This document shows positions 1 through 10,066 of a DNA stretch of 64,000 nt, piece by piece. Each line of letters opens with the position of its first letter. Within the stretch, counting starts at the first letter, position 1. This DNA is from Alphaproteobacteria bacterium (GTDB lineage Bacteria; Pseudomonadota; Alphaproteobacteria; Paracaedibacterales; VGCI01), in assembly GCA_016869075.1 (NCBI GenBank), contig VGEY01000001.1:64926-128925 (forward strand), in the 5' to 3' direction. Below the pieces are notes generated by a model. That model made no database searches. It saw only the letters and a program-made list of their open reading frames with translations, and was not told the DNA's origin. Position numbers and translations under genes: made by a program.

Positions 1-1
1 A

Positions 2-574
2 TCTTTTTCCTACCCCCTCCTTATGAATATAATTCGTGATTTCCTTTTATTGTTCATTGCTTACTTATCTTGGAAAATGACTCCAAAAGGAATACATGAC
101 TCCAATCAATTCTCGTGGAAACCTTTGGAAGAAGTTGCTGTCATATTTATAGGAATTTTTATAACTGTTACACCTATTTTACGTATGTTAAAGGGTGGAG
201 AATCTGGAGCCTTTGCTCCCCTCTTCGATTTCGTAAATTCAAACGGCTCACCAAATGCCCTGGCATATTTTTGGGCAACAGGAATTTTTTCTTCCATATT
301 AGACAATGCTCCCAGCTATTTAATTTTCTTTAATTTGACAGGAGGAAATCCTCTCTCTCTTATGAATGAAAATGCGGACCTTCTTATTGCTATCTCGACT
401 GGTTCTGTTTTTATGGGGGCTATGACTTATATTGGAAATGCCCCAAACCTCGTTGTTCAGTCTATTGCGATGCGTTCTCATATCAAAATGCCAGGGTTTT
501 TTGGGTACTTGCTTTGGTCTATGGGTATTTTGTTGCCAGTACTCTTAGGCTTCAGTTGGCTTTGGTTTTCTTGA
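2..574 (+). CDS. ArsB/NhaD-superfamily permease (putative Na+/H+ antiporter), C-terminal part; frame open to window edge
   Basis: The frame of ORF 23..574 has no stop back to base 2. The sequence is polytopic and hydrophobic, with FWATGIFSSILDNAPSYLIFF-type motifs. It ends at TGA 572-574. Confidence 0.55.
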   Translation, partial: SFSYPLLMNIIRDFLLLFIAYLSWKMTPKGIHDSNQFSWKPLEEVAVIFIGIFITVTPILRMLKGGESGAFAPLFDFVNSNGSPNALAYFWATGIFSSILDNAPSYLIFFNLTGGNPLSLMNENADLLIAISTGSVFMGAMTYIGNAPNLVVQSIAMRSHIKMPGFFGYLLWSMGILLPVLLGFSWLWFS

Positions 575-2410
575 ACTTAATTCGTTTGAAATTTCATCAT
601 AAAAACAGAATTTGCCTTTACCATCTTGCTTTACAGCATACATTGCGGCATCAGCTTCCTTTAACAATGACTCACCATCCTCAAGACCTGCGGTATAGAC
701 ACCAATGCCGATGCTGACCCCTATGGTCATAGTGATATCATTACGAATATAGGGTTCAGAAAGGGATTTCAAAATACGACGTGCAACCATCTCCACCTTA
801 TTACGGTTTTGAACATGAGTTAAAAGAATACAAAATTCATCTCCTCCAAAACGCGCAAGCATATCATCTCCACGAATACAACGCCACAGGCGTTGACCAA
901 CTTGATTCAAAAGCCAATCACCCATTTCATGCCCATAAGAATCATTAATGATTTTAAAGCCGTCTAAATCCAGAAAAAGAATTGCTAGCAACCCATTTCC
1001 GGATTCTTGGATACTTTGGATAGATTGATTTAACTTTTGATAAAAGGACTTGCGATTTGGCAAACCAGTAAGTGAATCATGATATGCTAAGAATGTTAAG
1101 TCCTGATGTTGGGCTTTATCCTGTGAAATATCTTTTACCACCAATGCTCCTCCACCGTCTGGAGTACGATAGGTTGTAATTCCTAAAGTCATGCCATTCA
1201 ACAATGATTCTTCCCATTGACTGGCAGGTAATAAGAAGTTCGCCTTTTTTTCTTCTGCCAAAGTGCGGATAGCTTCTTTTCCTGTTCCCTCAAATATATA
1301 TATTCCTGCTGAAACATTGGCATCTATAAATCTTTCAAATGTTAAACCACCACGCGTCATTTCTTCTCTATTCTTGAGATGGGGGTAAAATTCAAATAAC
1401 TTATCATTATGCATAACCATATGACTGTCTTGATCAAAGATAGCAAATCCATCTGGTAAGTTTTGGATTGCAGCTTCTAACTCACGGCGTGTCTTGTGCA
1501 TCTCTTGAGATCTCTTGACACGTTGTTCAAAAGCATACTTTTTTTCTAACACAGCATGAACACATACTTTTAACAGTGCTGGATTTACAGGTTTGGCAAG
1601 ATAATCTGCAACACCTGACTCTGTAATACGCTTGATATCCTCAGTATTTTCCGGAGGCCCAATAATGATGACAGGCATATATTCAACACTTGGATCTTTT
1701 TCAATTTTCCTTAAGAAATCATAAAGGTTTTCTTTAAACATCATATAATCAATTAAAATGGCATCTATTATTGAAGAATGTAATTGATCAATTGCCTGTG
1801 TTTCATTTTCAGCATTTAAAACCTTATGCCCTTCTCGCGTTAAACGACGCATTAAAGCTTGAGAAGTATTAAGGTTGCTATCTAATATTAGTAATGTTCC
1901 TGTTCTGGACATCCATTCTGGTACATGAACAGACGCCGCATTAATCATGCTTACAATCTGATCAAAACCCATGGAATGCAAGTATTCAGTTCCTGTACTT
2001 TCAAATTGTATGTTAGGCTGCTTATTTGAAAGAATATTTGTTCGGTTTTTTTCCGAAAAAGGCTTGTCTTGCAGAGCATTTTGTAACAACTGAAATGTTC
2101 TTTTCATTTCAAGTGATTTTTCACTTTGTTCTCCAATCACAAATTCTTTAATTTTGTTTATGTGAACTAAAAACTGCTCACGCAGCTTTTTTAATTCATG
2201 ACTGTTATTCTCCATATCCTTATAAAGAGAATCTATTGTTTTAAAAGTAGCTAGGCACTCTTGGGCTACTTTTGAAACTTCAGATTCCTTTGAAATCATG
2301 TCGCATAGAGAAGCGAGATAATTTTCAGCACTTAAAGGTTTAACTCCATCTATCTTTGCTCTGCTGAGCAAAAGTGATATCTGAGATATATGCTCCTGAT
2401 TTTGTTGCAT
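545..2410 (-). CDS. diguanylate cyclase with receiver and PAS-like domains (REC-PAS-GGDEF), preceded by an N-terminal helical region of unknown function
   Basis: GGDEF signature (RFGGDEFCILL, FLDLDGFKIINDSYGH). PAS-like segment LEAAIQNLPDGFAIFDQ. Receiver-like segment LLILDSN...AILIDYMM...YLAKPV. The ATG at 2410 is preceded by GGAGG and is preferred over TTG 2428. The 3' end overlaps the convergent permease gene by 30 bp. Confidence 0.85.
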   Translation of the reverse strand: MQQNQEHISQISLLLSRAKIDGVKPLSAENYLASLCDMISKESEVSKVAQECLATFKTIDSLYKDMENNSHELKKLREQFLVHINKIKEFVIGEQSEKSLEMKRTFQLLQNALQDKPFSEKNRTNILSNKQPNIQFESTGTEYLHSMGFDQIVSMINAASVHVPEWMSRTGTLLILDSNLNTSQALMRRLTREGHKVLNAENETQAIDQLHSSIIDAILIDYMMFKENLYDFLRKIEKDPSVEYMPVIIIGPPENTEDIKRITESGVADYLAKPVNPALLKVCVHAVLEKKYAFEQRVKRSQEMHKTRRELEAAIQNLPDGFAIFDQDSHMVMHNDKLFEFYPHLKNREEMTRGGLTFERFIDANVSAGIYIFEGTGKEAIRTLAEEKKANFLLPASQWEESLLNGMTLGITTYRTPDGGGALVVKDISQDKAQHQDLTFLAYHDSLTGLPNRKSFYQKLNQSIQSIQESGNGLLAILFLDLDGFKIINDSYGHEMGDWLLNQVGQRLWRCIRGDDMLARFGGDEFCILLTHVQNRNKVEMVARRILKSLSEPYIRNDITMTIGVSIGIGVYTAGLEDGESLLKEADAAMYAVKQDGKGKFCFYDEISNELSSRKPKPTEA

Positions 2411-2740
2411 AGGCAACAGCCTCCACAAATAGTACCAACTTTTAAAGGAATCCCCTTAGTTTGATACAGATTCCTTAATAAAAGTTTATCTATAAACAAT
2501 TAAGGAGGGATTAAAAATCCCTTCTGATTGTTATCTAAAGTCCTTACAATCTATTTTAATATGATGAAATGTTTAGTTTTTTTTAATATTTGTTAATAAT
2601 ATGAAGCCAAGTCTGGACTTCACCTTTTAAGGCGAAATAAAAATCCCCTTGATTTTTCAAGAAATATTGTGATTAATTGGGGAGCAATTCAACAAAATAT
2701 TTTCAAAAATGACAGGATATAGGAAGGAGGAAAAAAAATA

Positions 2741-3019
2741 ATGACTCGATCTGATTTGATTGCAAAAGTAACAGCATCCTTTCAAAGTTTAACATATACT
2801 CAAGTAGAAGAACTTGTCTGCAAAATCTTCGATGAAATCATGAAAGCCTTAGAGAATGGTGGCCGTGTTGAGCTACGTGGATTTGGTACTTTTTCGGTCC
2901 GTCACCGTAAACCCCGTAAAGGACGCAACCCACGAACTGGAGAAGTTCTTATGGTAGAAAGCAAAAGCGTCCCATTCTTTAAAACTGGGAAAGAATTACG
3001 TCAATTATTGAATTCCTAA
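2741..3019 (+). CDS. ihfB: integration host factor subunit beta
   Basis: 92 aa. ELRGFGTFSVRHRKPRKGRNPRTGEVLMVESKSVPFFKTGKELR is a classic IHF-beta/HU-fold arm. AGGAAGGAGG lies upstream of the ATG. Confidence 0.9.
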   Translation: MTRSDLIAKVTASFQSLTYTQVEELVCKIFDEIMKALENGGRVELRGFGTFSVRHRKPRKGRNPRTGEVLMVESKSVPFFKTGKELRQLLNS

Positions 3020-3036
3020 AATAAAAGGCAGCTCCC

Positions 3037-3906
3037 ATGAATTGGCTGACAAACTTTGTTCGACCTAAAATTCAGGCCCTCATGCATAAAAATGAGGTAC
3101 CTGATAATTTATGGGATAAATGTGATGCATGCGAACATATGTTGTTTCATCGAGATCTTGTGGAAAACAGCTATGTTTGCCACTACTGTCAAAATCATAT
3201 GCGTATGTCCGTTCAGGACAGACTTGATTCTTTGTTTGATAACAAAACATATGTAAAAGCCCCCTTGCCTAAAGCAATTACTGATCCTTTAAACTTCAGA
3301 GATAGCAAACGCTATGTTGATCGTCTTAAAGAATATCGTCAGAAAACAGGTCGCGATGATGCAATTGTTGTTGCAAGTGGTAAAATTGGGGGACAACAAG
3401 CCGTCGTTGCCGTGTTTGATTTCTCCTTCATGGGGGGATCCATGGGAATTGCTGTTGGAGAAGGTATTTTAACCGCAGCCGATTTAGCCATTAACACTCA
3501 TTCTGCTCTCATTATTGTACCATCCTCTGGGGGAGCCCGCATGCAAGAAGGTGTTTTAGCCCTCATGCAAATGCCACGTACAACTATAGCTGTTGAAAAA
3601 GTTCGCGAGGCAGGCTTGCCCTATATCGTTATTTTAACAAACCCAACAACAGGGGGGGTTTCTGCTTCATTTGCCATGCTGGGGGATATTGCCATTGCTG
3701 AACCTCAGGCAATTATTGGGTTTGCAGGTGCACGCGTGATTGAAGAAACCATTCGTCAGAAATTGCCAGAAAGCTTTCAGCGTGCAGAATACTTACTAGA
3801 CCATGGCATGATTGATATGGTTATTCATCGCCACAAAATGGCTGAGACCCTTGGGCGCATTTTAAGCATGCTCAATCCGCGTTCAAGCCCGTCTATGGGA
3901 AGATAA
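3037..3906 (+). CDS. accD: acetyl-CoA carboxylase carboxyltransferase subunit beta
   Basis: N-terminal Zn ribbon (CDACEHMLF...CHYCQNHMRM), followed by the FSFMGGSMG and PSSGGARMQEG carboxyltransferase motifs. Confidence 0.95.
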   Translation: MNWLTNFVRPKIQALMHKNEVPDNLWDKCDACEHMLFHRDLVENSYVCHYCQNHMRMSVQDRLDSLFDNKTYVKAPLPKAITDPLNFRDSKRYVDRLKEYRQKTGRDDAIVVASGKIGGQQAVVAVFDFSFMGGSMGIAVGEGILTAADLAINTHSALIIVPSSGGARMQEGVLALMQMPRTTIAVEKVREAGLPYIVILTNPTTGGVSASFAMLGDIAIAEPQAIIGFAGARVIEETIRQKLPESFQRAEYLLDHGMIDMVIHRHKMAETLGRILSMLNPRSSPSMGR

Positions 3907-4011
3907 GCTATTTAGATAAACACCATCGGAATATTTATATTGACCTGTTTTTAATTATGTTTTATTAGGTAATATTAATTTTATAAACAAAACGTAACTA
4001 TAGAGAATTAT

Positions 4012-4944
4012 ATGAATAAAACATTATTTTCATGTTTGAGTATTGCATTAGTATTATCTTCATTTGCGCAGGCGATGGAAAAGCCAGACACAAGTGAACC
4101 GGCAACCACAGCTCCTAAGGTGTTAAAGTTCAAACTTAATCCAGATACGGGCCGATTTGAAGATGCTGAAGGAAGTCATCTTATACAAGATTATAAGTCT
4201 GTTATAGGGGATATTTGTGAAGGTTTAGGCGCCTTAAGAGATGAGACGAGAGAGCAAATTAAAAAGGTTGAGTTAGATTTAAAAAAACTGACTCCCGACT
4301 CTCCAGAACGCTTAGGGGCTGAGCTTTATCTTAAAAAGTTGAAAAGGAAAGAAGCAAAATTTGAAAGTAAGTCTAGGGATCTTGTAGACTTAGAAGAAAC
4401 TCTGCAAACAATCTTGCGGGCTATTCACACGGGTACCTCTCTTAGTTATCCATATGTTACTTTGCGGGTTTTCAATTTTGAGCTCTTGGGAGCGACTTCA
4501 ATGGGTAAACATGATGCCTTTATGGATTTATTTTCCATATCTCGAGGCTTAGAAGATAGTTCCCACGTGTTATTGCCTATACCATATTCGCTTCCGGATG
4601 AAGCACGAGACATTCTTTTTAATCTACAAAATATTTTCCCTGCTCATAAGCTGATCAACCAACAGAGAGAGATATTTTCTATATCAGAAATGTATGCTCA
4701 TGTTTTGGGAGTTGAAAAGGCACTCAACCATACTTCAGAAATGCACTTACGATTATATGAAGAAATAGCAAAAAAGAGTGGGATACCCGTTAAGTTATTT
4801 TTAGAAAAAGAAATGCAATATTTAATAAAGAAGGCTGATGAAATATTAATTCCTCAACTTGCGCCCCCCTATTATTTTTTTAAAGTCATTGAAGCCTTTT
4901 TAGAAGAAGCACCTCGTCACAAACTTACAAAAGATAATGATTAA
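4012..4944 (+). CDS. exported hypothetical protein, tandem paralog A
   Basis: Sec-type leader MNKTLFSCLSIALVLSSFAQA|MEK. Shares VLKFKLNPDTG and a C-terminal LAPPYYFF block with the next ORF. No family recognised. Confidence 0.6.
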   Translation: MNKTLFSCLSIALVLSSFAQAMEKPDTSEPATTAPKVLKFKLNPDTGRFEDAEGSHLIQDYKSVIGDICEGLGALRDETREQIKKVELDLKKLTPDSPERLGAELYLKKLKRKEAKFESKSRDLVDLEETLQTILRAIHTGTSLSYPYVTLRVFNFELLGATSMGKHDAFMDLFSISRGLEDSSHVLLPIPYSLPDEARDILFNLQNIFPAHKLINQQREIFSISEMYAHVLGVEKALNHTSEMHLRLYEEIAKKSGIPVKLFLEKEMQYLIKKADEILIPQLAPPYYFFKVIEAFLEEAPRHKLTKDND

Positions 4945-4947
4945 ACC

Positions 4948-5895
4948 ATGAATTTTTCTAATATTTATATACTTAACTTCTTGAGATGCCTTATCATAAG
5001 CTTAACAACAGGCCTTGCAGCAGTAGCTGCTGAGACCCCTGGAACTAAAGTTGCTGCCACACCCCCTGTATTAGCAAAATTTAAAATCAACCCAGATTCA
5101 GGACATGTTGTAGATATACCCCCAAGCACATTGATCAAAAATTTTGAAAGAGCGGTTCAGGACTCTATCCGAGATGATAGTACTCTAAAGGAAGAAAAGT
5201 TACAAAAATTAGCTTCAATCAATGAAATGTTAAGTGGCTTACAACCTGGTTCCACGGAACATAAAATGCTTGCGATTTTTCATAAGAAATCACTAAAAGA
5301 ATTCGAAGAATTGGATCATAAAATAACAAGATTTCGGGAACTTCCCATTCTCCTTGCTAAAAACTTAGCAGCCGCTCTCGCTTCCTCCCAAAGCCCTTCT
5401 TCTTTTCCTTGTTCTATACCCAATTATGAAATATTTAAGAGCACGCCTTTCTCTGAACTCGAACAATTGGATAGTTTTTGGCATTCGATGATGCCCCATC
5501 CTTATAAAATTATCGACCACATTTCCATCTCCTTACATACTGACCTTCTAGATTTACTTCAACAAAAAACACAATCATTGGTATACAATTTAAGTGATAT
5601 ACAAGATGTAATGCATCGTGTTCAAAAATTGCTCTATATGATAGGCACGCAATTACCTATAACAAAATTTTCTGACCTTCTTACACTTAAATACGCTCAG
5701 CAGCTAGCTGAGGAACATCAAACAACACCTGTGATTACCTTAAAGAACCATTTGCAAGTTCTTCAGGTAGAAGCACAAGAGATTATCAAAAGAATGGCTC
5801 CGATTTATTATCTTGGGGTTGTTTGCTTTGAATTTCAAAAGCATTTAAATTATATAAGAAGAGCTCAAACTTTAACCGATTCTATTTCCAGCTAA
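4948..5895 (+). CDS. exported hypothetical protein, tandem paralog B
   Basis: Hydrophobic leader ...LTTGLAAVAA|ETP. VLAKFKINPDSG and MAPIYYLG blocks are colinear with ORF 4012..4944. It starts 3 nt after the upstream stop. Confidence 0.6.
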   Translation: MNFSNIYILNFLRCLIISLTTGLAAVAAETPGTKVAATPPVLAKFKINPDSGHVVDIPPSTLIKNFERAVQDSIRDDSTLKEEKLQKLASINEMLSGLQPGSTEHKMLAIFHKKSLKEFEELDHKITRFRELPILLAKNLAAALASSQSPSSFPCSIPNYEIFKSTPFSELEQLDSFWHSMMPHPYKIIDHISISLHTDLLDLLQQKTQSLVYNLSDIQDVMHRVQKLLYMIGTQLPITKFSDLLTLKYAQQLAEEHQTTPVITLKNHLQVLQVEAQEIIKRMAPIYYLGVVCFEFQKHLNYIRRAQTLTDSISS

Positions 5896-5946
5896 AAATT
5901 ATTTCATATTTGCTCGTAAAGCAAATTTAGATCTCTTATATATATG

Positions 5947-5984
5947 GAAGGGAGAATTCTCCCTTCTCATTTATCAATTTTTTA
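5947..5984 (+). terminator. candidate Rho-independent terminator after the paralog pair
   Basis: Perfect 8-bp stem GAAGGGAG/CTCCCTTC (5947-5954 / 5959-5966) with an AATT loop. A T-rich tract follows, but it starts ~10 nt after the stem (tcatttatcaatttttt). Confidence 0.4.
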
Positions 5985-6020
5985 GGATAAAGTATGCAGC
6001 ACTAGGTTAGGAGTCTATCA

Positions 6021-6620
6021 ATGAATAAAGGTATTTATTTCATATTGGGTCTTGTGATTGCTGGTGTTGGAACGGCGGGTTATTGGGCCTTAACAACCCC
6101 TCCAAAACATACAGATGCACCTAAAAAAGAAGCCAAAAAGGTTTCTCTTCTTACGATTAACTTTATTCCCACAGCTCCTGCCAAACCAATCACAGAAGGA
6201 AAATATTGGGAATTTGACAGCTCCTCAGAGTCTGCACCAAATGAAAAAGACCTGAAAGACTTGCAAGGTAAGCCTGTGATTTTGCATTTTTGGGCTACGT
6301 GGTGTGCACCTTGCGTCCAAGAGTTTCCTGAGCTTGACACCTTTGCCGATAAGTATAAGAATGGAGCGCATGTTCTTGCGGTAGCTACAGATGCCAAGAA
6401 CATTGATAAGATTAAAGAATTCTATAAAACGAAGGGAATTAAAACTCTAAACATTGCTCTTGATAAGTATGGTTCTTTATCACGATATTTTCAGGCGTCT
6501 GCCCTCCCAACAACGGTTTTTATAAACTCAAAAGGCGAGGAAATAGGTCGCATTCAAGGAGCAGTAGAGTGGAGTGGAACAGCGGGACGATTATTAAATA
6601 CATACTTAAGCAGGAACTAA
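6021..6620 (+). CDS. TlpA/ResA-like periplasmic thiol:disulfide oxidoreductase (thioredoxin fold)
   Basis: N-terminal membrane anchor, the WATWCAPC active-site motif, and LPTTVFINSKGEE. Confidence 0.8.
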   Translation: MNKGIYFILGLVIAGVGTAGYWALTTPPKHTDAPKKEAKKVSLLTINFIPTAPAKPITEGKYWEFDSSSESAPNEKDLKDLQGKPVILHFWATWCAPCVQEFPELDTFADKYKNGAHVLAVATDAKNIDKIKEFYKTKGIKTLNIALDKYGSLSRYFQASALPTTVFINSKGEEIGRIQGAVEWSGTAGRLLNTYLSRN

Positions 6621-7208
6621 ATGGCAAAACTTTATTTTTATTACGCAGCAATGAATGCAGGGAAAACGACGACACTTCTTCAATCAAGCTATAACTATTG
6701 TGAACGCGGAATGGATACATTGTTGTTTACACCAATTATAGACGATCGCTATGGAGAGGGTAAAATTGCTTCACGTATAGGTCTTGCCAACGATGCCATT
6801 CCATTTGATCGTTCCTTTAACTTTTTTGATTATATTTCCAAAGTTCAAAAGGAAATGCCTAAGCTTCGATGTATTCTTATTGATGAAGCTCAATTTATGA
6901 CCAAAGATCAAGTTTTGCAATCAGCAGAAGTGGTCGACCACCTTAAACTCCCTGTTTTAACTTATGGTTTGCGAACAGATTTCCTTGGTGAAACCTTTGA
7001 AGGAAGCCGGTATCTTCTCTCCTGGGCAGAAGAGCTTATCGAAATCAAAACGATTTGTCATTGCGGAAGTAAAGCAACCATGAATGCGCGTATTGATGAA
7101 AAAGGGAAAATCGTACGTCAGGGTGAACAAATCGAAATTGGGGGCAATGACCGCTACATTGCCCTCTGTCGTAAACATTTTATTTCCGGAACCGTAGGCG
7201 CCGAGTAA
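6621..7208 (+). CDS. tdk: thymidine kinase
   Basis: P-loop MNAGKTT, LIDEAQF, and the C-terminal Zn site CHCGSKA...ALCRKH. Confidence 0.93.
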   Translation: MAKLYFYYAAMNAGKTTTLLQSSYNYCERGMDTLLFTPIIDDRYGEGKIASRIGLANDAIPFDRSFNFFDYISKVQKEMPKLRCILIDEAQFMTKDQVLQSAEVVDHLKLPVLTYGLRTDFLGETFEGSRYLLSWAEELIEIKTICHCGSKATMNARIDEKGKIVRQGEQIEIGGNDRYIALCRKHFISGTVGAE

Positions 7209-7288
7209 GTCTATCTCTTCAACCTCTTGCCAATCTGTAAATTTTACGCTTACGATTGAGTATGAGGTTCTATTATGAAGAGAGGGTC

Positions 7289-8788
7289 ATGGGCTTCCAA
7301 CAGGTCTTATCCAACTTAAAGCTCGACCAATATATTACACCTTCGGGAACGCTTCGTGTCCGCTCTCCCCTTGATGGAGAAGAAATCGCACGCATCGGAG
7401 GTACACCTCTCGATCAAGTCGAAAAAATTATCCATCAATCACAGAATGCCTTCTTAAAATGGCGAACCATACCAGCTCCCAAGCGGGGTGAACTTGTCAG
7501 ACTTTTTGGCATAGAACTCCGCACCCATAAGGAAGACTTAGCTCATCTTATAACTTTAGAATGTGGAAAGATTTTGGAAGAAAGTCGCGGTGAAGTCCAA
7601 GAAATGATTGATATGTGTGACTTTGCTGCCGGCTTATCGCGACAGCTTTATGGCCTTACTATTACGTCTGAGCGACCTTTACACCGCATGATGGAAACAT
7701 GGCACCCGTTAGGCATTGTAGGAATTATCAGTCCTTTTAATTTTCCCGCAGCCGTTTGGTCATGGAACGCATGTTTAAGTCTCATCTGTGGAAATAGCCT
7801 TCTTTGGAAGCCATCTGAAAAAACGCCCCTTACTGCACTCGCCTGTCAAAGATTACTGAATCAAGCTATCCATCATTTTGAAGCTGCTCCAGAGCATCTG
7901 CAGCAGCTTCTTTTGGGAAATCATGTTATGGGTGAGAAATTAGTGGACGATTCACGCATCTCCCTTATCAGCGCAACCGGCAGTACGCGCATGGGGAAAA
8001 CCGTTGCACCAAAAGTTGCTAGTCGATTTGGGCGAAGTCTCCTAGAACTTGGAGGAAATAATGGCATGATTGTTGCTCCAAGCGCTGATTTAAATTTAGC
8101 GGCTCAAGCCATCGTCTTTAGCGCAGCAGGAACGACTGGGCAGCGCTGCACAACGCTGCGCCGGATTTTTATTCATGATTCTATTTATGTACAACTTATA
8201 CAGGATCTAAAAAAACGTTATAAAGATCTCCCTATAGGACATCCGCTAAAAGATAGAACTCTTCTTGGACCACTCATTGATGCCTCTTCTTTTCAATCCA
8301 TGCAGGATGCTCTCAAAAAAGCTCATCAAGACGGAGGGATTGTTTTTGGAGGAAAAAGAATATTAGAAGATAAGTACCCACAAGCATATTATGTAGAGCC
8401 CGCTCTTGTGGAAATGCCTGAACAAACTTCAACAGTTCGCTCAGAAACCTTTGCGCCTATTTTATATGCAATGCGTTATTCAAATTTTGAAGAAGCTATC
8501 TCACTTCATAACGATGTTGCTCAAGGTCTATCATCTTGCATTTTTACATCAGATATTCGGGAAGCTGAGATATTTTTATCGGCAAGGGGCAGCGACTGTG
8601 GTATTGCCAATGTGAATATTGGACCAAGTGGAGCAGAAATTGGGGGAGCATTTGGAGGCGATAAGGAAACCGGTGGCGGACGAGAATCTGGCTCTGATTC
8701 TTGGAAAACGTATATGCGCCGTGCCACCAATACAATTAATTTTTCATCCCAATTACCCCTCGCACAAGGAATAAAATTTGATGCATAA
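7289..8788 (+). CDS. aldehyde dehydrogenase, ALDH7/antiquitin type (probable alpha-aminoadipic/piperideine-6-carboxylate semialdehyde dehydrogenase)
   Basis: [59 protein letters not shown] and GQRCTTLRR motifs. The track ORF begins at TTG 7256. ATG 7289 (MGFQQV) fits the usual length of the family better. Confidence 0.82.
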   Translation: MGFQQVLSNLKLDQYITPSGTLRVRSPLDGEEIARIGGTPLDQVEKIIHQSQNAFLKWRTIPAPKRGELVRLFGIELRTHKEDLAHLITLECGKILEESRGEVQEMIDMCDFAAGLSRQLYGLTITSERPLHRMMETWHPLGIVGIISPFNFPAAVWSWNACLSLICGNSLLWKPSEKTPLTALACQRLLNQAIHHFEAAPEHLQQLLLGNHVMGEKLVDDSRISLISATGSTRMGKTVAPKVASRFGRSLLELGGNNGMIVAPSADLNLAAQAIVFSAAGTTGQRCTTLRRIFIHDSIYVQLIQDLKKRYKDLPIGHPLKDRTLLGPLIDASSFQSMQDALKKAHQDGGIVFGGKRILEDKYPQAYYVEPALVEMPEQTSTVRSETFAPILYAMRYSNFEEAISLHNDVAQGLSSCIFTSDIREAEIFLSARGSDCGIANVNIGPSGAEIGGAFGGDKETGGGRESGSDSWKTYMRRATNTINFSSQLPLAQGIKFDA

Positions 8789-10014
8789 TGCTAGCTATAA
8801 GTGAAGTACCCCCAATGACAGACTCTCATCCACATCATCCATCCGCATTCCCTTGGCAAGACATTCTTCTTCTTGAAGAACAACTCGAGCCACAAGAGCG
8901 CCTCATTCGTGATTCTGCTTATGCATATTGCCAAGAAAAATTAATGCCCAGAATTCTTGAAGCAAATCGCAAGGAACATTTTGATCGCACTATATTATCA
9001 GAAATGGGGCAAATGGGATTTTTAGGTGCAACACTGTCTCCTGAACAAGGCGGATCTGGCGCTGGATATGTAAGCTATGGTCTCATTGCTCGTGAAGTTG
9101 AACGTGTTGATTCAAGTTACCGTTCAGCAATGAGTGTTCAATCCTCTCTGACTATTTTCCCCATTGCGGCATATGGATCAGAAGAGATGTGTCGTAAGTA
9201 TTTGCCTGATCTTATTTCTGGGATAAAAGTTGGATGCTTTGGTTTAACAGAACCAGATTCCGGCTCAGATCCAGGAAGCATGCGCACAACGGCACGTAAA
9301 GTAGACGGTGGTTATCTCTTAACCGGCACAAAAACCTGGATTACAAATTCTCCCATCGCAGATATCATGATAGTATGGGCAAAAACCGAAGATAATGTTA
9401 TCAAAGGTTTTCTTGTTGAGCGAAATACAAAAGGCGTATCCACCCCTAAAATAGACGGTAAATTTAGTTTAAGGGCTTCTCTTACGGGCATGATAGTTCT
9501 TGAAGATGCCTTTGTCCCTGCAGAAAATATGTTCCCAAACGTAAGCGGACTCAAAGGCCCATTTGGGTGCTTAAATAATGCCCGCTATGGTATCGCCTGG
9601 GGAACCTTAGGAGCAGCAGAATTTTGTTGGCACGCTGCGCGTCAATATACTCTTGATCGTAAGCAATTCGGGCGCCCTCTGGCTTCTATGCAATTAATCC
9701 AGCTAAAACTTGCTGACATGCAAACGGAAATTACCCTTGGCCTGCAGGCTTGTCTTCGCGTGGGTCGCTTAAAAAATCAGGGGCTAATAGCTGCCGAAGC
9801 TACCTCTCTCATTAAGAGAAATTCATGTGGGAAGGCTCTTGAAATTGCAAGAACTGCCAGAGACATGCATGGCGGTAATGGAATTGTGGACGAATATCAT
9901 GTTATTCGTCATGTTATGAACTTAGAGGCCGTGAATACTTATGAGGGAACTCACGATATTCATGCTCTTATTTTAGGACGTGCACAAACAGGTATTTCAG
10001 CATTTGGAGAATAA
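8788..10014 (+). CDS. gcdH: glutaryl-CoA dehydrogenase (acyl-CoA dehydrogenase family)
   Basis: [13 protein letters not shown]...[15 protein letters not shown]-terminus, [14 protein letters not shown], and [14 protein letters not shown]. The start overlaps the upstream stop (TAATG). Confidence 0.82.
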   Translation: MLAISEVPPMTDSHPHHPSAFPWQDILLLEEQLEPQERLIRDSAYAYCQEKLMPRILEANRKEHFDRTILSEMGQMGFLGATLSPEQGGSGAGYVSYGLIAREVERVDSSYRSAMSVQSSLTIFPIAAYGSEEMCRKYLPDLISGIKVGCFGLTEPDSGSDPGSMRTTARKVDGGYLLTGTKTWITNSPIADIMIVWAKTEDNVIKGFLVERNTKGVSTPKIDGKFSLRASLTGMIVLEDAFVPAENMFPNVSGLKGPFGCLNNARYGIAWGTLGAAEFCWHAARQYTLDRKQFGRPLASMQLIQLKLADMQTEITLGLQACLRVGRLKNQGLIAAEATSLIKRNSCGKALEIARTARDMHGGNGIVDEYHVIRHVMNLEAVNTYEGTHDIHALILGRAQTGISAFGE

Positions 10015-10066
10015 CCCCCTTCAAATCCTTTCATATCTTTGAAAAGACTGCTATACTTGTCTTATA

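Noticed and set aside
2429-2740. Small inverted repeats (GGGATT-AAAA-ATCCC, AGGAATC...GATTCCT) in the divergent region between the diguanylate cyclase gene and ihfB
   Set aside because: The stems are short, in a 310-bp AT-rich intergenic region, with no positional logic I could establish. They are possibly regulatory but not supportable from sequence alone.
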